A stretch of 42,392 nt of DNA, from assembly GCA_039680575.1 (NCBI GenBank), contig JBDKSP010000042.1, positions 1 to 42,392 of the forward strand, written 5' to 3'. The stretch comes from Armatimonadota bacterium. Its GTDB lineage: Bacteria > Armatimonadota > UBA5829 > DTLH01. Shown here one piece after another: positions 25,935-36,094 of the stretch. The translations under genes and the position numbers were made by a program. How positions within the stretch are numbered: the first letter of the stretch is position 1; every line of letters begins with the position of its first letter. The notes beneath the pieces are model-generated. The model made no database searches, was not told the DNA's origin, and was given only the letters and a program-made list of their open reading frames with translations.

Positions 25935-27233
25935 ATGCCTTATTATAAGGATTTAACTGAGAAGACCGAACAACTGCAGCTCTGGCTGGACCTTGCACAT
26001 GAGCATGGCGCTGACACAAGCGCCATCGAGTCCGAGATGCGTGAGACTATCGACCGGATGATAGAAAAATCGCGGAATCTCCCGCCGCAGCCCGGGTATC
26101 CATACGAGGAACCGGACGATCTCGAAGCGATCAAGGCACTCAGGCCAGACGGACCAAGGCGGTTGGAGCTCAACCTCACGGACGATGAGCTTCAAGACAG
26201 GATTCTCGGCGCATGGCTGGGACGCGCGGCGGGATGCACCCTCGGCGTGCCGGTCGAAGGGCAAAACCGCGCGTTCATAGAAGCGTGGGCGAACAAACTC
26301 GGCCAGCCTTATCCTCTCACAGAGTATTGGGACGACCATCCCGGCATTCAGCATCCTCATTATTCCGAGTTGATAAGAAACTACATCAAGGGGAATATCG
26401 ATCATGTAGGTCCGGATGATGACATAGTATATACAGTCCTCGGCATCCTGATCCTCGAAAAGTACGGGTCAGGTTTCACCACACAGGATGTCGGAAAAGC
26501 CTGGGCAGAATACCTGCCTACATCCTGTACCTGTACAGCGGAACTCGTAGCGCTGAAAAACCTGATAAATGGTCTCACGCCGCCAGAGACGGCGCTTGTG
26601 AACAATCCGTACTCCGAGTGGATAGGCGCGGACATCCGAAGCGACCCCTGGGCTTACGCCGCGCCGGGTATGCCGGAGCTTGCGGCTGAGTTTGGATGGC
26701 GCGATGCCCGCGTGAGTCACATCAGGAACGGAATCTACGGTGAAATGTTCTTCGCTGCAGCCATTTCGGCAGCTTTCGCGGTAAAATCGCCTCGTGAAGC
26801 GCTGCTCGTCGGGCTGACGGAGATACCGGCGAAGTGCAGAATGGCGGAAACAGTTACCGAAACGCTCGATTGGGTCGATAAAGACCGCGATTGGAGCCGG
26901 ACCTGGCAGCGGATCGAAGAGAAATATAAGGGAATGCACGCCGTTCATACGCTGAACAATGCCGCGATCACTATTTCCGCCCTGCTCTATGCTGAGGGAG
27001 ACTTCGAGCGTGCTATTTCTCTTGCTGTAATGGGCGGTATGGATACGGACTGCAACGGAGCTACCTCAGGGTCGCTCATGGGCGCGATGCTCGGCGCAAA
27101 GAGACTGCCGAAGAAGTGGACAGAGCCATTCGGCGACCGCCTGACCACTTACATCCATGGGCAGCCTGAGTTCAGTATCTCCGGCCTCGTGAAAAGAACA
27201 TTCGATGTGGCGAAGCGGGTAACAGGCCGCTGA
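25935..27233 (+). CDS. ADP-ribosylglycohydrolase family protein
   Basis: GAWLGRAAGCTLG, PDDDIVY, EWIGADIR, DARVSH, GGMDTDCNGAT. Confidence 0.9.
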   Translation: MPYYKDLTEKTEQLQLWLDLAHEHGADTSAIESEMRETIDRMIEKSRNLPPQPGYPYEEPDDLEAIKALRPDGPRRLELNLTDDELQDRILGAWLGRAAGCTLGVPVEGQNRAFIEAWANKLGQPYPLTEYWDDHPGIQHPHYSELIRNYIKGNIDHVGPDDDIVYTVLGILILEKYGSGFTTQDVGKAWAEYLPTSCTCTAELVALKNLINGLTPPETALVNNPYSEWIGADIRSDPWAYAAPGMPELAAEFGWRDARVSHIRNGIYGEMFFAAAISAAFAVKSPREALLVGLTEIPAKCRMAETVTETLDWVDKDRDWSRTWQRIEEKYKGMHAVHTLNNAAITISALLYAEGDFERAISLAVMGGMDTDCNGATSGSLMGAMLGAKRLPKKWTEPFGDRLTTYIHGQPEFSISGLVKRTFDVAKRVTGR

Positions 27234-27246
27234 CTTCGAGAGTTTT

Positions 27247-27434
27247 GTGCTTCAGGACCGCAGTTCGTCCTGAAGCACTGGATGCTGAGTCAAGCCCTGC
27301 TCGGTAGGGATTGCAAATCCCTACCGGAGCGGCAAATGAGGCATCTCTGATGCCGGGTGATCAATTAGAGTTGATTGACCGGGATCACAGATCCCTATCC
27401 GGTCAATCCGGGCTGCATTGCAAATACAGCCCGA
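27247..27434. repeat. Stack of palindromic repeats between convergent genes
   Basis: GTGCTTCAGGACCGCAGTTCGTCCTGAAGCAC (also at 37507 and 39622), truncated CTGGATGCTGAGTCAAGC, CGGTAGGGATTGCAAATCCCTACCG, CGGGCTGCATTGCAAATACAGCCCG. Confidence 0.75.
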
Positions 27435-27444
27435 GAGCGAAACC

Positions 27445-29892
27445 TCATACCTCATCCCTGCCCCTTTCCACGACCACTACGGCTGCGTCATCGCGCAGTT
27501 TTCCTCTGGACCAATTGGTAGCGCTATCGACAAGCGCACGTGCAAGCATATCAGCATGAAGAGCGAAGTTTTCGGATAAAATCTGCAGTATACCTTCGAA
27601 CCCAAGCAGTTCGACACTCTGTCGCGCTTCGTTGATCCCATCCGTATAGAGCACCAGTTTATCCCCAGGTTCCATATAGCTGCTGTATTCATTGTATTTT
27701 TGGCCTTCGAGCAGGGAAAGCGGCAACTGTCCAGACTTGAGCAGCTCGACTGAGCCATTAGCTCTGCAAATAGCAGCCGGAGGATGTCCGGCGTTTGAAT
27801 AAGTGATCTCACCGCTGTTCAAGTCGATTATCGCCAGAAAAACGGTCACGAACGGGCTGAAATCCGATTGTCTGAGCGCAAGAACGGAGTTTGCCTTTTC
27901 CAGCGATTCCGATGAGGATGCCATCTCATGCACAAATGCGTGTACCGTGCTCCGCGTAGTAGCAGCCATCGCAGCCGCTTCAAGCCCCTTGCCGGATACA
28001 TCACCGATCAAGACTCCCGCCTTGTCGTCTCCTATCTGAAACACATCGTAGAAGTCGCCGCCAATACTACGCCCAATGTAAACAGGCACATATTCGGCAG
28101 CGACACTGTAACCCGCGCCTATATCCGGGATACCTGGCAGAAGAGCTTTCTGCAGGAGAAGCGAAAAATGCCGTTCGTTGTTCAGCGCGTTTTCGAGATC
28201 GTTCCGGCTGCGGGTGAGAGCATCGTAGAGTTTGATATTATCAATGGCCTGAGCTGCTCTGGACGCCATCGCTTCGATCAGGCCGATTTCATCTTCAGTG
28301 AACTCCCTCGTCTCCGACATATCGACATGCGCCATCCCTATTACCCGGCCACGGGTAATAAGCGGCACGGCTATGAGCGACTTTGCGCCCTGTTTTTTGA
28401 TAATCTCACCTTTCACACGCGGATCATTTTCGGCATCAGGAGTAAAAACGAATTTTCTCTCATGGTATACAATACCGGCAACCCCATTGTCTACGTCGAG
28501 ACTTTCGCCAACTAAACCAGACGCTCCATACTCAGCCCTGGCTTCGAACTCATACCTTTCATCATCGAACATCCATATACTGCTCGAGTGAGCATGGAGA
28601 GTTTCCGCCATCCTCAGGACAAGTATATCCAAAAGCTCCTGCAAGTCTGTTGTAGCGATGCCGGCTTCCGCTATACCCTCAAGAGCACGGACGCGCTCGC
28701 CTTCCTGTCTGGCCTCATCCAGAGCTCGCTCCAGTTCCCGGCGGAGGGCTATCAACTCGCTTATATCCTGAACAACAGTAACAGCGCCGATAACTTCACC
28801 ACTTGCATCCCGTATCGGAGCGGCGGAGTTGAATACAGTTGCTTCTTTACCATCAACACGCTCGATTGAGATAATTTCCCCAACAGTGGTCTCGCCTCTA
28901 AGCGCTGCGGCCATAGGCCATTCATGAGAGGAAACAGGCTCACCAGTATCGGCCCACCAGGCTGGATAATTGCCGTAATCATCCACACTATTTGCCATAG
29001 GCGGTACCCCACCCCATATCACCGACACCTGATTGTTGGCCTGGAAAACCCGCCCATTTCTATCGGCTATAAATACACCCACCGGCAGCGCATCGAGTAC
29101 CGCCTGCAGCCGCCGCCTTTCAGCATCCAGTACATCCTCAACCTTCTTCCGTTCTGTGATGTCTGTAATCGCGATCAGCATCGATCTTCGGCCATGGAGC
29201 GAAATTATATCTCCCGAGAGGAGCCCGATCAACGGTTGTCCGGACTTGGTGCGAAATCTGGCTTCATAGTTTCTTACGCTTCCCTGCCGATCCAGTTCCT
29301 GCACCAGTTCGGCACGCTCCGATGGATCGTACCACATGTCTATATCCCAGGATGTTTTTCCAATAAGCTCATCACGGGAATAACCTATCAACCGCTCAAA
29401 AGTCTCATTGATGTCTGCGAATTGCCCCGTTTCCAGATCGCTGATGCTTATCATAACAGGAGCTGACCTAAACACTTTAGCAAATATCTCCTCTGTAAAC
29501 TTTTGCCTTCGGCGGAACTCCGCGTCGCGCAGTTCCCTCTCGACAGCCGGGACTAGCCTTACCAGGTTATCTTTGAGAACATAGTCATGTGCTCCGGCTC
29601 TCATGGCAGCGACCGCCGTATCTTCCGTTATCTGCCCGGAAATAATGATAAACGGAATATCAGGATCACGAGCACAGACAAGTTTCAGCGCATCCAGCCC
29701 GCTGAAATTGGGAAGCCTGTAGTCAGATATGATTACATCCCATCCCTTGGTTTCAAGCGCGGATACCATCTCTTCACGGGTCTCTACCCGCTGCCAGACA
29801 AGATCGTAGCCGCTGCTTCGGAGCGCATCGATGACGAGCAGCGCGTCATCTTCCGAGTCTTCCACAATCATGAGCCGAAGTGGAGTGCTCAT
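27445..29892 (-). CDS. REC-PAS-PAS-GAF-SpoIIE (PP2C/RsbU-like) phosphatase
   Basis: N-terminal receiver (VEDSEDD, IISDY), PAS/PAC motifs, GAF, GGDFYD, IGDVSGKG, NAGHPP, LYTDG, DD. Confidence 0.93.
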   Translation of the reverse strand: MSTPLRLMIVEDSEDDALLVIDALRSSGYDLVWQRVETREEMVSALETKGWDVIISDYRLPNFSGLDALKLVCARDPDIPFIIISGQITEDTAVAAMRAGAHDYVLKDNLVRLVPAVERELRDAEFRRRQKFTEEIFAKVFRSAPVMISISDLETGQFADINETFERLIGYSRDELIGKTSWDIDMWYDPSERAELVQELDRQGSVRNYEARFRTKSGQPLIGLLSGDIISLHGRRSMLIAITDITERKKVEDVLDAERRRLQAVLDALPVGVFIADRNGRVFQANNQVSVIWGGVPPMANSVDDYGNYPAWWADTGEPVSSHEWPMAAALRGETTVGEIISIERVDGKEATVFNSAAPIRDASGEVIGAVTVVQDISELIALRRELERALDEARQEGERVRALEGIAEAGIATTDLQELLDILVLRMAETLHAHSSSIWMFDDERYEFEARAEYGASGLVGESLDVDNGVAGIVYHERKFVFTPDAENDPRVKGEIIKKQGAKSLIAVPLITRGRVIGMAHVDMSETREFTEDEIGLIEAMASRAAQAIDNIKLYDALTRSRNDLENALNNERHFSLLLQKALLPGIPDIGAGYSVAAEYVPVYIGRSIGGDFYDVFQIGDDKAGVLIGDVSGKGLEAAAMAATTRSTVHAFVHEMASSSESLEKANSVLALRQSDFSPFVTVFLAIIDLNSGEITYSNAGHPPAAICRANGSVELLKSGQLPLSLLEGQKYNEYSSYMEPGDKLVLYTDGINEARQSVELLGFEGILQILSENFALHADMLARALVDSATNWSRGKLRDDAAVVVVERGRDEV

Positions 29893-30338
29893 ACACACGA
29901 CCGCCTCTCAGGAAGTGGTTCATTTATAGCAAGCCAGAACAATCCGAGTGCCTTTGCCGCCTGTACGAACTCATCATAGTCCACAGGTTTACGTACATAG
30001 GCATTAGCGCCCAGGCTGTAGCTTTCAACAACATCTTCGTCCTCTTTTGATGAGGTAAGGATAATTACCGGAACACAGCTTGTTTCCGGGTTGGAACGAA
30101 TAATCTTCAGCACATCGAGCCCGCCTATTCTTGGCAGCTTCAGGTCGAGCAGTATCACCGCTGGCAACTTGTGATCGCAGCCTTCATACTTACCCTTCTT
30201 GAAAACATAATCGAGGGCTTCTTCTCCATCATTAGCTATAACAATCCTGTCGCTAATGCCGCTTTCTTTAAAGGCAAGCAGCGTAAGCTCCACATCATCC
30301 GGGTTATCTTCAACAAGCAGTATCCCGTTATCTTTCAC
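29889..30338 (-). CDS. Single-domain response regulator (Rcp1-like)
   Basis: LLVEDNPDD, ILLDLKLP, ILTSS, GANAYVRKPV, FWL. Confidence 0.95.
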   Translation of the reverse strand: MKDNGILLVEDNPDDVELTLLAFKESGISDRIVIANDGEEALDYVFKKGKYEGCDHKLPAVILLDLKLPRIGGLDVLKIIRSNPETSCVPVIILTSSKEDEDVVESYSLGANAYVRKPVDYDEFVQAAKALGLFWLAINEPLPERRSCV

Positions 30339-31906
30339 TTAGCGGCCTCCCCAAGAGTAAAGTAGAATGCAGCGCCCTGGTCTACCGCGCCTTCCGCCCA
30401 AATGCGTCCTCCATGCCTGCGTATAATGCGTTGAACGAGAGCTAACCCGATACCTGTCCCGGGAAATTCACTTTCCGTATGCAGACGCTGGAATGGTGAG
30501 AACAGTTTGTCTTTGTATTCCGCATTGAAACCCGCGCCATTATCCCGGATGTAATATACCCGCTCTACATCTTGCTCAACTACTCCGACATCTATTCGAG
30601 TAATATGACGTTTGCTCGTAAACTTCCATGCGTTTCCAAGCAGATTATCAAGTGCAATTCGAAGCAGATGTGCATCGGCATTCACAATCATACCCTCCTC
30701 GACGGTAATTTCCGCTTTACGCTCCGGGCTGGACCTCCTGAACTCATCAAGAATTTCCTGCGCCATGGCACTCATGTCGATTCGCTGCAAGTGCATCTCG
30801 GCTCGTATAGCACGCGACAGGCCAAGAATATCGTCAATCAGTTGCCCCATCCGTTGTGCCGCATTCCGCACGCGATGGAGATAGTCCCGGCCTTTTTCAT
30901 CAATGGAATCCTTATAATCTTTGAGTAGTGTGCTGCTGAAGCCATCTATTGCCCTAAGAGGTGCGCGAAGGTCATGGGAAACGGAGTAGCTGAAGGCTTC
31001 GAGTTCCTTATTTGTGGCTTCGAGTTCCGATGTCCGGGCTGCCACCCGCTGTTCGAGTCCGGCATTCAGAGCTTTAATCTCCGCATCGGCTCGCTTTCGC
31101 TCAGTAATGTCGCGGACGTTAGCCATAATGGTATCCCGGCCGGATATCCTGAGCCTGCGCAGATACACTTCCACATCGAACTCATGACCATCATGCGGAC
31201 GCTTGGCTTTCCACTCGAAAAATTGGTGTTCTCCTTCCAGCGTTCTGTCCCAAATCGGCCTGAGCCAATCCATCGGAGTCTCGGCACCTGATATATCGGA
31301 TATACTCAGATTCTTGATTTCATCTATATCAACCCCGTACAGCTCAAGCGCCCGCGCATTTGCATCGATGATGGAACCATCGATGGTATGCAGCAAAATC
31401 CCGTCATAGACACTGTTGAAAATGGTGCGGAGCGCAGTCTCCGATTCCCGCAACTCGCCTCCGGTGCGTTTTCTTTCACGAATTTCGGCCTCCAACTGCG
31501 CGGACCGTTCCGCAATGCGTATTTTGGAATCGTGCAGGCTGGACATGGCGATTGTAGCAACCATGCTGGTGATTATGAAGACTATATACTCTATCCATAT
31601 ACCTTCGGCATATATAGTGGTGATTCCAGGGAAAATAAGCGGAGTGTATATTGCTATGAAACTGAACATCCCCAGCAGAAACGCCAGGGCTCCGGGACCT
31701 CTGCCGTAAAAATACGCAACCGCGCCCACCAGGAGAATATACGGCGACCTGAATGACACAATCGGGGCAAAAGGCTTTATCAAAAGCCCTGACGCAGTCA
31801 GTAATACAACCAGCACAACAGCAATTATATAACCGATTACCCAGCGGCCGGCAGATGCAGCATTATCAGACTCGACAGTGTTAAAAACCGGAGACTGTTC
31901 GTTCAT
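30335..31906 (-). CDS. Membrane PAS sensor histidine kinase (DUF4118-like N-terminal TMs)
   Basis: FSYSVSHDLRAPLR H-box, NAWKFT, DNGAGF, FQRLH, GTGIGL. Confidence 0.94.
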   Translation of the reverse strand: MNEQSPVFNTVESDNAASAGRWVIGYIIAVVLVVLLTASGLLIKPFAPIVSFRSPYILLVGAVAYFYGRGPGALAFLLGMFSFIAIYTPLIFPGITTIYAEGIWIEYIVFIITSMVATIAMSSLHDSKIRIAERSAQLEAEIRERKRTGGELRESETALRTIFNSVYDGILLHTIDGSIIDANARALELYGVDIDEIKNLSISDISGAETPMDWLRPIWDRTLEGEHQFFEWKAKRPHDGHEFDVEVYLRRLRISGRDTIMANVRDITERKRADAEIKALNAGLEQRVAARTSELEATNKELEAFSYSVSHDLRAPLRAIDGFSSTLLKDYKDSIDEKGRDYLHRVRNAAQRMGQLIDDILGLSRAIRAEMHLQRIDMSAMAQEILDEFRRSSPERKAEITVEEGMIVNADAHLLRIALDNLLGNAWKFTSKRHITRIDVGVVEQDVERVYYIRDNGAGFNAEYKDKLFSPFQRLHTESEFPGTGIGLALVQRIIRRHGGRIWAEGAVDQGAAFYFTLGEAAK

Positions 31907-31981
31907 TTATTCCATCCGGACATACAAACTATAATGCCGCTGTTAGTATGCCCGTCAGATGGGTTACTTCAACATTAGGAA

Positions 31982-34084
31982 CTACATTTTTCCACGACCG
32001 TTTTTATCGTTAAGCAGCCGCCGGACGGTTTCGAGCAGTACTGCCGGTTTATACGGTTTCTGCAGGAAGTCATTGGGCTGCTCGTTCTCTGGCAGTCTAT
32101 CAATACCAGTGTCGATTCCGGCAGTGACCAGGACTTTCATTGACGGTAAAATCCGACGGATAGCTGAAAGAGCCTTAAGTCCGTTCATTCCGGGCATATT
32201 GAGGTCCAGGAGAACGATTTCCACATCTTTACCTTGCGGAGACCCAAGGCAATTGAGCGCATCCTGCCCGTTTCCGGCGGTCAGGACCCTATATCCGTTG
32301 TGTTCCAACACTCGCTTGGTAAGCCGCTGGATATAATCCTCATCTTCGACCAGGAGGATTGTCTCTGTCCCCTTAACATCGCTCACCGGTCCGGCGGCGG
32401 GCTGAGATGCTTCCGCCACGGCTGCAACTGGAAGATAAACGCATACACTGGTCCCTTTGCCGGGTTCACTCTCGATATTGATCAATCCGTCATGTGTTTT
32501 GATAATCCCGTAACAGACGGAAAGCCCCAGCCCGGAACCCTTGCTCTTTGTTGTAAAAAACGGTTCAAAAGCGGCTTTTTTTGTTTCCTCATCCATTCCG
32601 CACCCGGTATCGGAGACTTTGCAGCGGGTAAACTCACCAGGACGCGCCCATGGGTTGGATTTCACAAACCTCTCCGTTAACCGAACGGGGTCTACCTTAA
32701 CCATAAGCTTTCCGCCATCAGGCATTGCAGCCTCAGCGTTTAAGCAAAGGTTCATCAACACCTGATGGACCTGAGAACTGTCTGCAAATACCGGCAAACA
32801 TTCAGTGGATGCTTTGCACACGACTTTGATCGTTTTCGGCAGAGTCTTGCATAGAAGCCCGGCGACTTCCTGCACAATTACGGGAACACTTACCGGCTCC
32901 ATGCGGTTTGGCGCCTGCTGCGAAAACGCGCGGATCTGCTGGACAAGATCAGCGGCGCGCTGCGAAGCCCGCTCTATCTCTATCAAATCGCTCCTGGTTT
33001 TCAGGTCCAGTTGGTCCGTATCGAGGATAACATGAGTGTAGCCTAAGATCGCCTGCAGCAGATTATTGAAGTCGTGAGCAATCCCTGCCGCAAGCATCCC
33101 GACAGTCTCCATTCTGCGGGTCTGCTGCAGCCTTTCCTCATACAGTTTTCTCTCTGTGATGTCACGCTGGATCAAGACTACATACTCAATGCATCCTGAT
33201 TCTTTTTCTACGGGCGTGACTGTGGCATCACTTATGTAAGTAGTCCCATCTTTCCGTCTGCGTGGAATCTCCCCCTGCCAGGTGTCACCGTTATATACCG
33301 TCTCCCATATCATCCTGTAGAAATCGCGGTCATAGCCTTCATTTCTAAGGATACTGATACTTTGATCGATGGCTTCCTCGAATGTATAGCCGTTGGCCTT
33401 AACAAACGCAGGGTTAACGAACTTGATCATGCGGGAGTAATCCGTAATTATAATCTGGTCACTCGCTGCGTTGATTGCCGACACCTGCATCTGAAGTTCA
33501 TCCCTGGTGCAGTACATAGCTTCTATCATTTTACTTCGCTCAAAATAGGCCGTCAGGCAATCCGCGGCAGTGCGAAGTAAATATTCATCGTACATAGACC
33601 ATGTTCTTGGATTGGTTGTGTCATCAAACCTGAGGCAGCTGATCAACTCGCCCTGCAAATACATGGGCACAACAATCAGGGCTTTTATATTATGCTTTAT
33701 CAGTACCTTCTGCTCATCGAATGCCTCTGGGGGCATCCTGGATGTATCTGAAATACCTATAACCCTGCCGGCAATCATATGATCCATCCACCATTGAGTA
33801 GTATATCCACAAAGGTTGTGGATTTCAGACATAGTGCCGGGGGAACACCATTCATAGGAGCAATCAAAATATTCCAGTCCATCTCTGTACCAGAATATGC
33901 ATACCCGGCTGACACGGACAGCCGTCCCGAGCACTTCCAGCACGGAATTGATGTCTACATTATCACCGGCGATCAGCATACCGGATACACGTGCAACAGC
34001 CTCCTGTATCTTTTGCTGCCTTAGCAGACGTTTTCTGCTGCACCGCTCAGGAAAACCCTGTTTATACAACCACCTATTTGGCAA
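31982..34084 (-). CDS. Hybrid GAF-PAS histidine kinase with receiver domain (CckA-like architecture)
   Basis: AGIAHDFNNLL, QVLMNLCLNA, DTGCGM, FEPFFTTK, GSGLGL, C-terminal REC. Confidence 0.92.
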   Translation of the reverse strand: MPNRWLYKQGFPERCSRKRLLRQQKIQEAVARVSGMLIAGDNVDINSVLEVLGTAVRVSRVCIFWYRDGLEYFDCSYEWCSPGTMSEIHNLCGYTTQWWMDHMIAGRVIGISDTSRMPPEAFDEQKVLIKHNIKALIVVPMYLQGELISCLRFDDTTNPRTWSMYDEYLLRTAADCLTAYFERSKMIEAMYCTRDELQMQVSAINAASDQIIITDYSRMIKFVNPAFVKANGYTFEEAIDQSISILRNEGYDRDFYRMIWETVYNGDTWQGEIPRRRKDGTTYISDATVTPVEKESGCIEYVVLIQRDITERKLYEERLQQTRRMETVGMLAAGIAHDFNNLLQAILGYTHVILDTDQLDLKTRSDLIEIERASQRAADLVQQIRAFSQQAPNRMEPVSVPVIVQEVAGLLCKTLPKTIKVVCKASTECLPVFADSSQVHQVLMNLCLNAEAAMPDGGKLMVKVDPVRLTERFVKSNPWARPGEFTRCKVSDTGCGMDEETKKAAFEPFFTTKSKGSGLGLSVCYGIIKTHDGLINIESEPGKGTSVCVYLPVAAVAEASQPAAGPVSDVKGTETILLVEDEDYIQRLTKRVLEHNGYRVLTAGNGQDALNCLGSPQGKDVEIVLLDLNMPGMNGLKALSAIRRILPSMKVLVTAGIDTGIDRLPENEQPNDFLQKPYKPAVLLETVRRLLNDKNGRGKM

Positions 34085-34180
34085 GCGATTACACCACCTT
34101 CACTGCTCTAATACCAGTTCATATAGTATGACTCAAAATACATTTTTAGTGAAGGTGGAATATTCACGAATACTAAGATT

Positions 34181-34978
34181 TTAGTAGCCTATCAATTTAT
34201 CCCCCCACATTTGAGGATTCCAATATGCGCCTTTGCTCGCTTTGCCAGCATTTGAGCCGGATTTGAAGTTATGGTTGAACCAGGCGGGTTCACCCACACC
34301 GCTTTTGGGAAGCGGCTCCGGCGGATTATCGGAAGCTGTATAGCCGCTGTTTGCTATTCTTTTGGGCGCAACATGGCTATCGATAAACACGCAGTTGATG
34401 GTAACTCCATCTACCAGACCTCTATTCTGCTCTGCCCAGTGCCAACCATTGTGCTCGTAGAGAATGATCTGGTCAGCCGGGAAGGCAAAATCATCGTATT
34501 TACGGGCTTTAAACTTATCATCACCGTACCACGCTCTGTCTATCGCAGCTTTCCAGTAGTATGAGACTGCTGCAGAGGGGTTATCGCTTCTGTTGGGATC
34601 GGACGGACACCAGAGAGCATCTTCGCGCTTATTTTTGATATACTGATAAAGCAGCATCGGCCATGTTGAGCTTTTAGCACCGGGTGGCGGCGGCAGAGTG
34701 CCTCTTTCCTTGGCGAAGTGCGTAAAATCACTTTTATCCCATGTCTTTCTGCCGCCGTAGAGAAAAGAACTGGGCATCATACCATTGTAATCACCCTGAT
34801 ATAACTGTACCGCTACTCCAAGCTCTTTCAGGTTGATTTGGCAAGAAGGTTTATAGCTCGGTTCACGAGCACGCATAAATACCGGAAGCAGTATAACTGC
34901 AATAACACATATAATTACAGCTATGGCAATGAAATTCCAAATGAATGAGCCCCCATCGTCATTCCGTCCATGACTCAT
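34181..34978 (-). CDS. DUF1559 / prepilin-like protein
   Basis: Hydrophobic IAVILLPVFMRARE...SCQINLKELGVAVQLY..DY, WCPSD, and C-terminal NCVFIDSHV (H-X9-DG-like). Confidence 0.8.
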   Translation of the reverse strand: MSHGRNDDGGSFIWNFIAIAVIICVIAVILLPVFMRAREPSYKPSCQINLKELGVAVQLYQGDYNGMMPSSFLYGGRKTWDKSDFTHFAKERGTLPPPPGAKSSTWPMLLYQYIKNKREDALWCPSDPNRSDNPSAAVSYYWKAAIDRAWYGDDKFKARKYDDFAFPADQIILYEHNGWHWAEQNRGLVDGVTINCVFIDSHVAPKRIANSGYTASDNPPEPLPKSGVGEPAWFNHNFKSGSNAGKASKGAYWNPQMWGDKLIGY

Positions 34979-35259
34979 AACTTACACCTCCCTCGCATTA
35001 TTTACATAGTGAGACAGACGGGCGTGACGGTTTGTTCCATACTATTTTGAACCGCGGAAACCGGAATGACTAGAGACGCGGAAGGTGGAAACTTAAGGCA
35101 TTTACTACTAAACCTTCAGATCTCCACCACCCAATTTCGCGTCTTACCTTGCTTCGGCTTGCTTGCCACCGAAGCCGACACCGTAGGTGTCGAGTTCTTT
35201 CGCGTCTTTCGTACTTCTTCGCGCATTTCGCGATTCAAAAGCTGACAGCTTCCCAGCTA

Positions 35260-36084
35260 CTAGAGCCCTTCGAATTTACCTGCTCTTGAAAGGGTGATGT
35301 AGTTCATAGAGAAGTCATCACGACCGAGCAGAGCTTCAGAAGCAGCGATGAGACCCATCAGGTAGCGGTCCATCGGGTCGATAATCCCCGCATCGAGGCC
35401 GCGGTCCATCGAAAGGACCGTCATCGCCTGGTTCAGGAGCTTTCTCGCGGGCATGCCGTGGCTCACGTTCGATATTCCGGCTATCGTATGCACGCCGGGG
35501 AACTCAGTCATGATCTTCGAGATGATCTCAAGCATCGATACGCCGACATTGGTCCCCGTCCCAATCGGGAAGGTAAGCGGGTCTACATAGATGTCATCGA
35601 GCGGTACACCTGCATCCGTCAGCTTGCGCACGAGGCCGCGGGCAACGGACAGCCGTTTTTCCGGGTCCTGCTGTATGCCTGTGTCGTCCATCGAAAGCGC
35701 GATTATCTTCGTCTTATACTTGAGCACGAACGGCAGGATGTTCTTGAACCTCCCGGTCTCGGCGGTGATCGAGTTGATCATCGGCTGGCCTTTGCTCATA
35801 TCATAGGCAGCAATAGCTCGGTCTATCGCCGCCGGGTTTGGCGAGTCAAACGATATCGGCGCATCGACCACTTCCTGAATGGTCTTTACGATCCACTCGA
35901 GCGCTTCCGGCTCACCGGAGGTCAGTGTGCCGCAGTTCGCGTCCACATAGGTCGCTCCGGCATCCACCTGGTCCTTCGCCAGCTTCTGAATATAGGCAGT
36001 GTCACGATTTACCACTGCCGCTTCAATTACGGCCTCACCTTTTATCTTTCTACTTGTATTAATGCGCTCTCCAACGATTAGCAT
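35260..36084 (-). CDS. Pterin-binding methyltetrahydrofolate:corrinoid methyltransferase (AcsE / MetH-Fol domain-like)
   Basis: MLIVGERIN, GATYVDAN, ISFDS, MINSIT, YVDP, GISNVSHGMP.R. AAGGAG RBS before ATG 36084. Confidence 0.9.
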   Translation of the reverse strand: MLIVGERINTSRKIKGEAVIEAAVVNRDTAYIQKLAKDQVDAGATYVDANCGTLTSGEPEALEWIVKTIQEVVDAPISFDSPNPAAIDRAIAAYDMSKGQPMINSITAETGRFKNILPFVLKYKTKIIALSMDDTGIQQDPEKRLSVARGLVRKLTDAGVPLDDIYVDPLTFPIGTGTNVGVSMLEIISKIMTEFPGVHTIAGISNVSHGMPARKLLNQAMTVLSMDRGLDAGIIDPMDRYLMGLIAASEALLGRDDFSMNYITLSRAGKFEGL

Positions 36085-36094
36085 TCGATTCTCC

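Noticed and set aside
35050..35255. Structured ncRNA between the DUF1559-like gene and the methyltransferase
   Set aside because: It consists of low-complexity TTCGCG-rich and GCTGACAGCT repeats also seen near 39530-39700; no RNA family was recognised.
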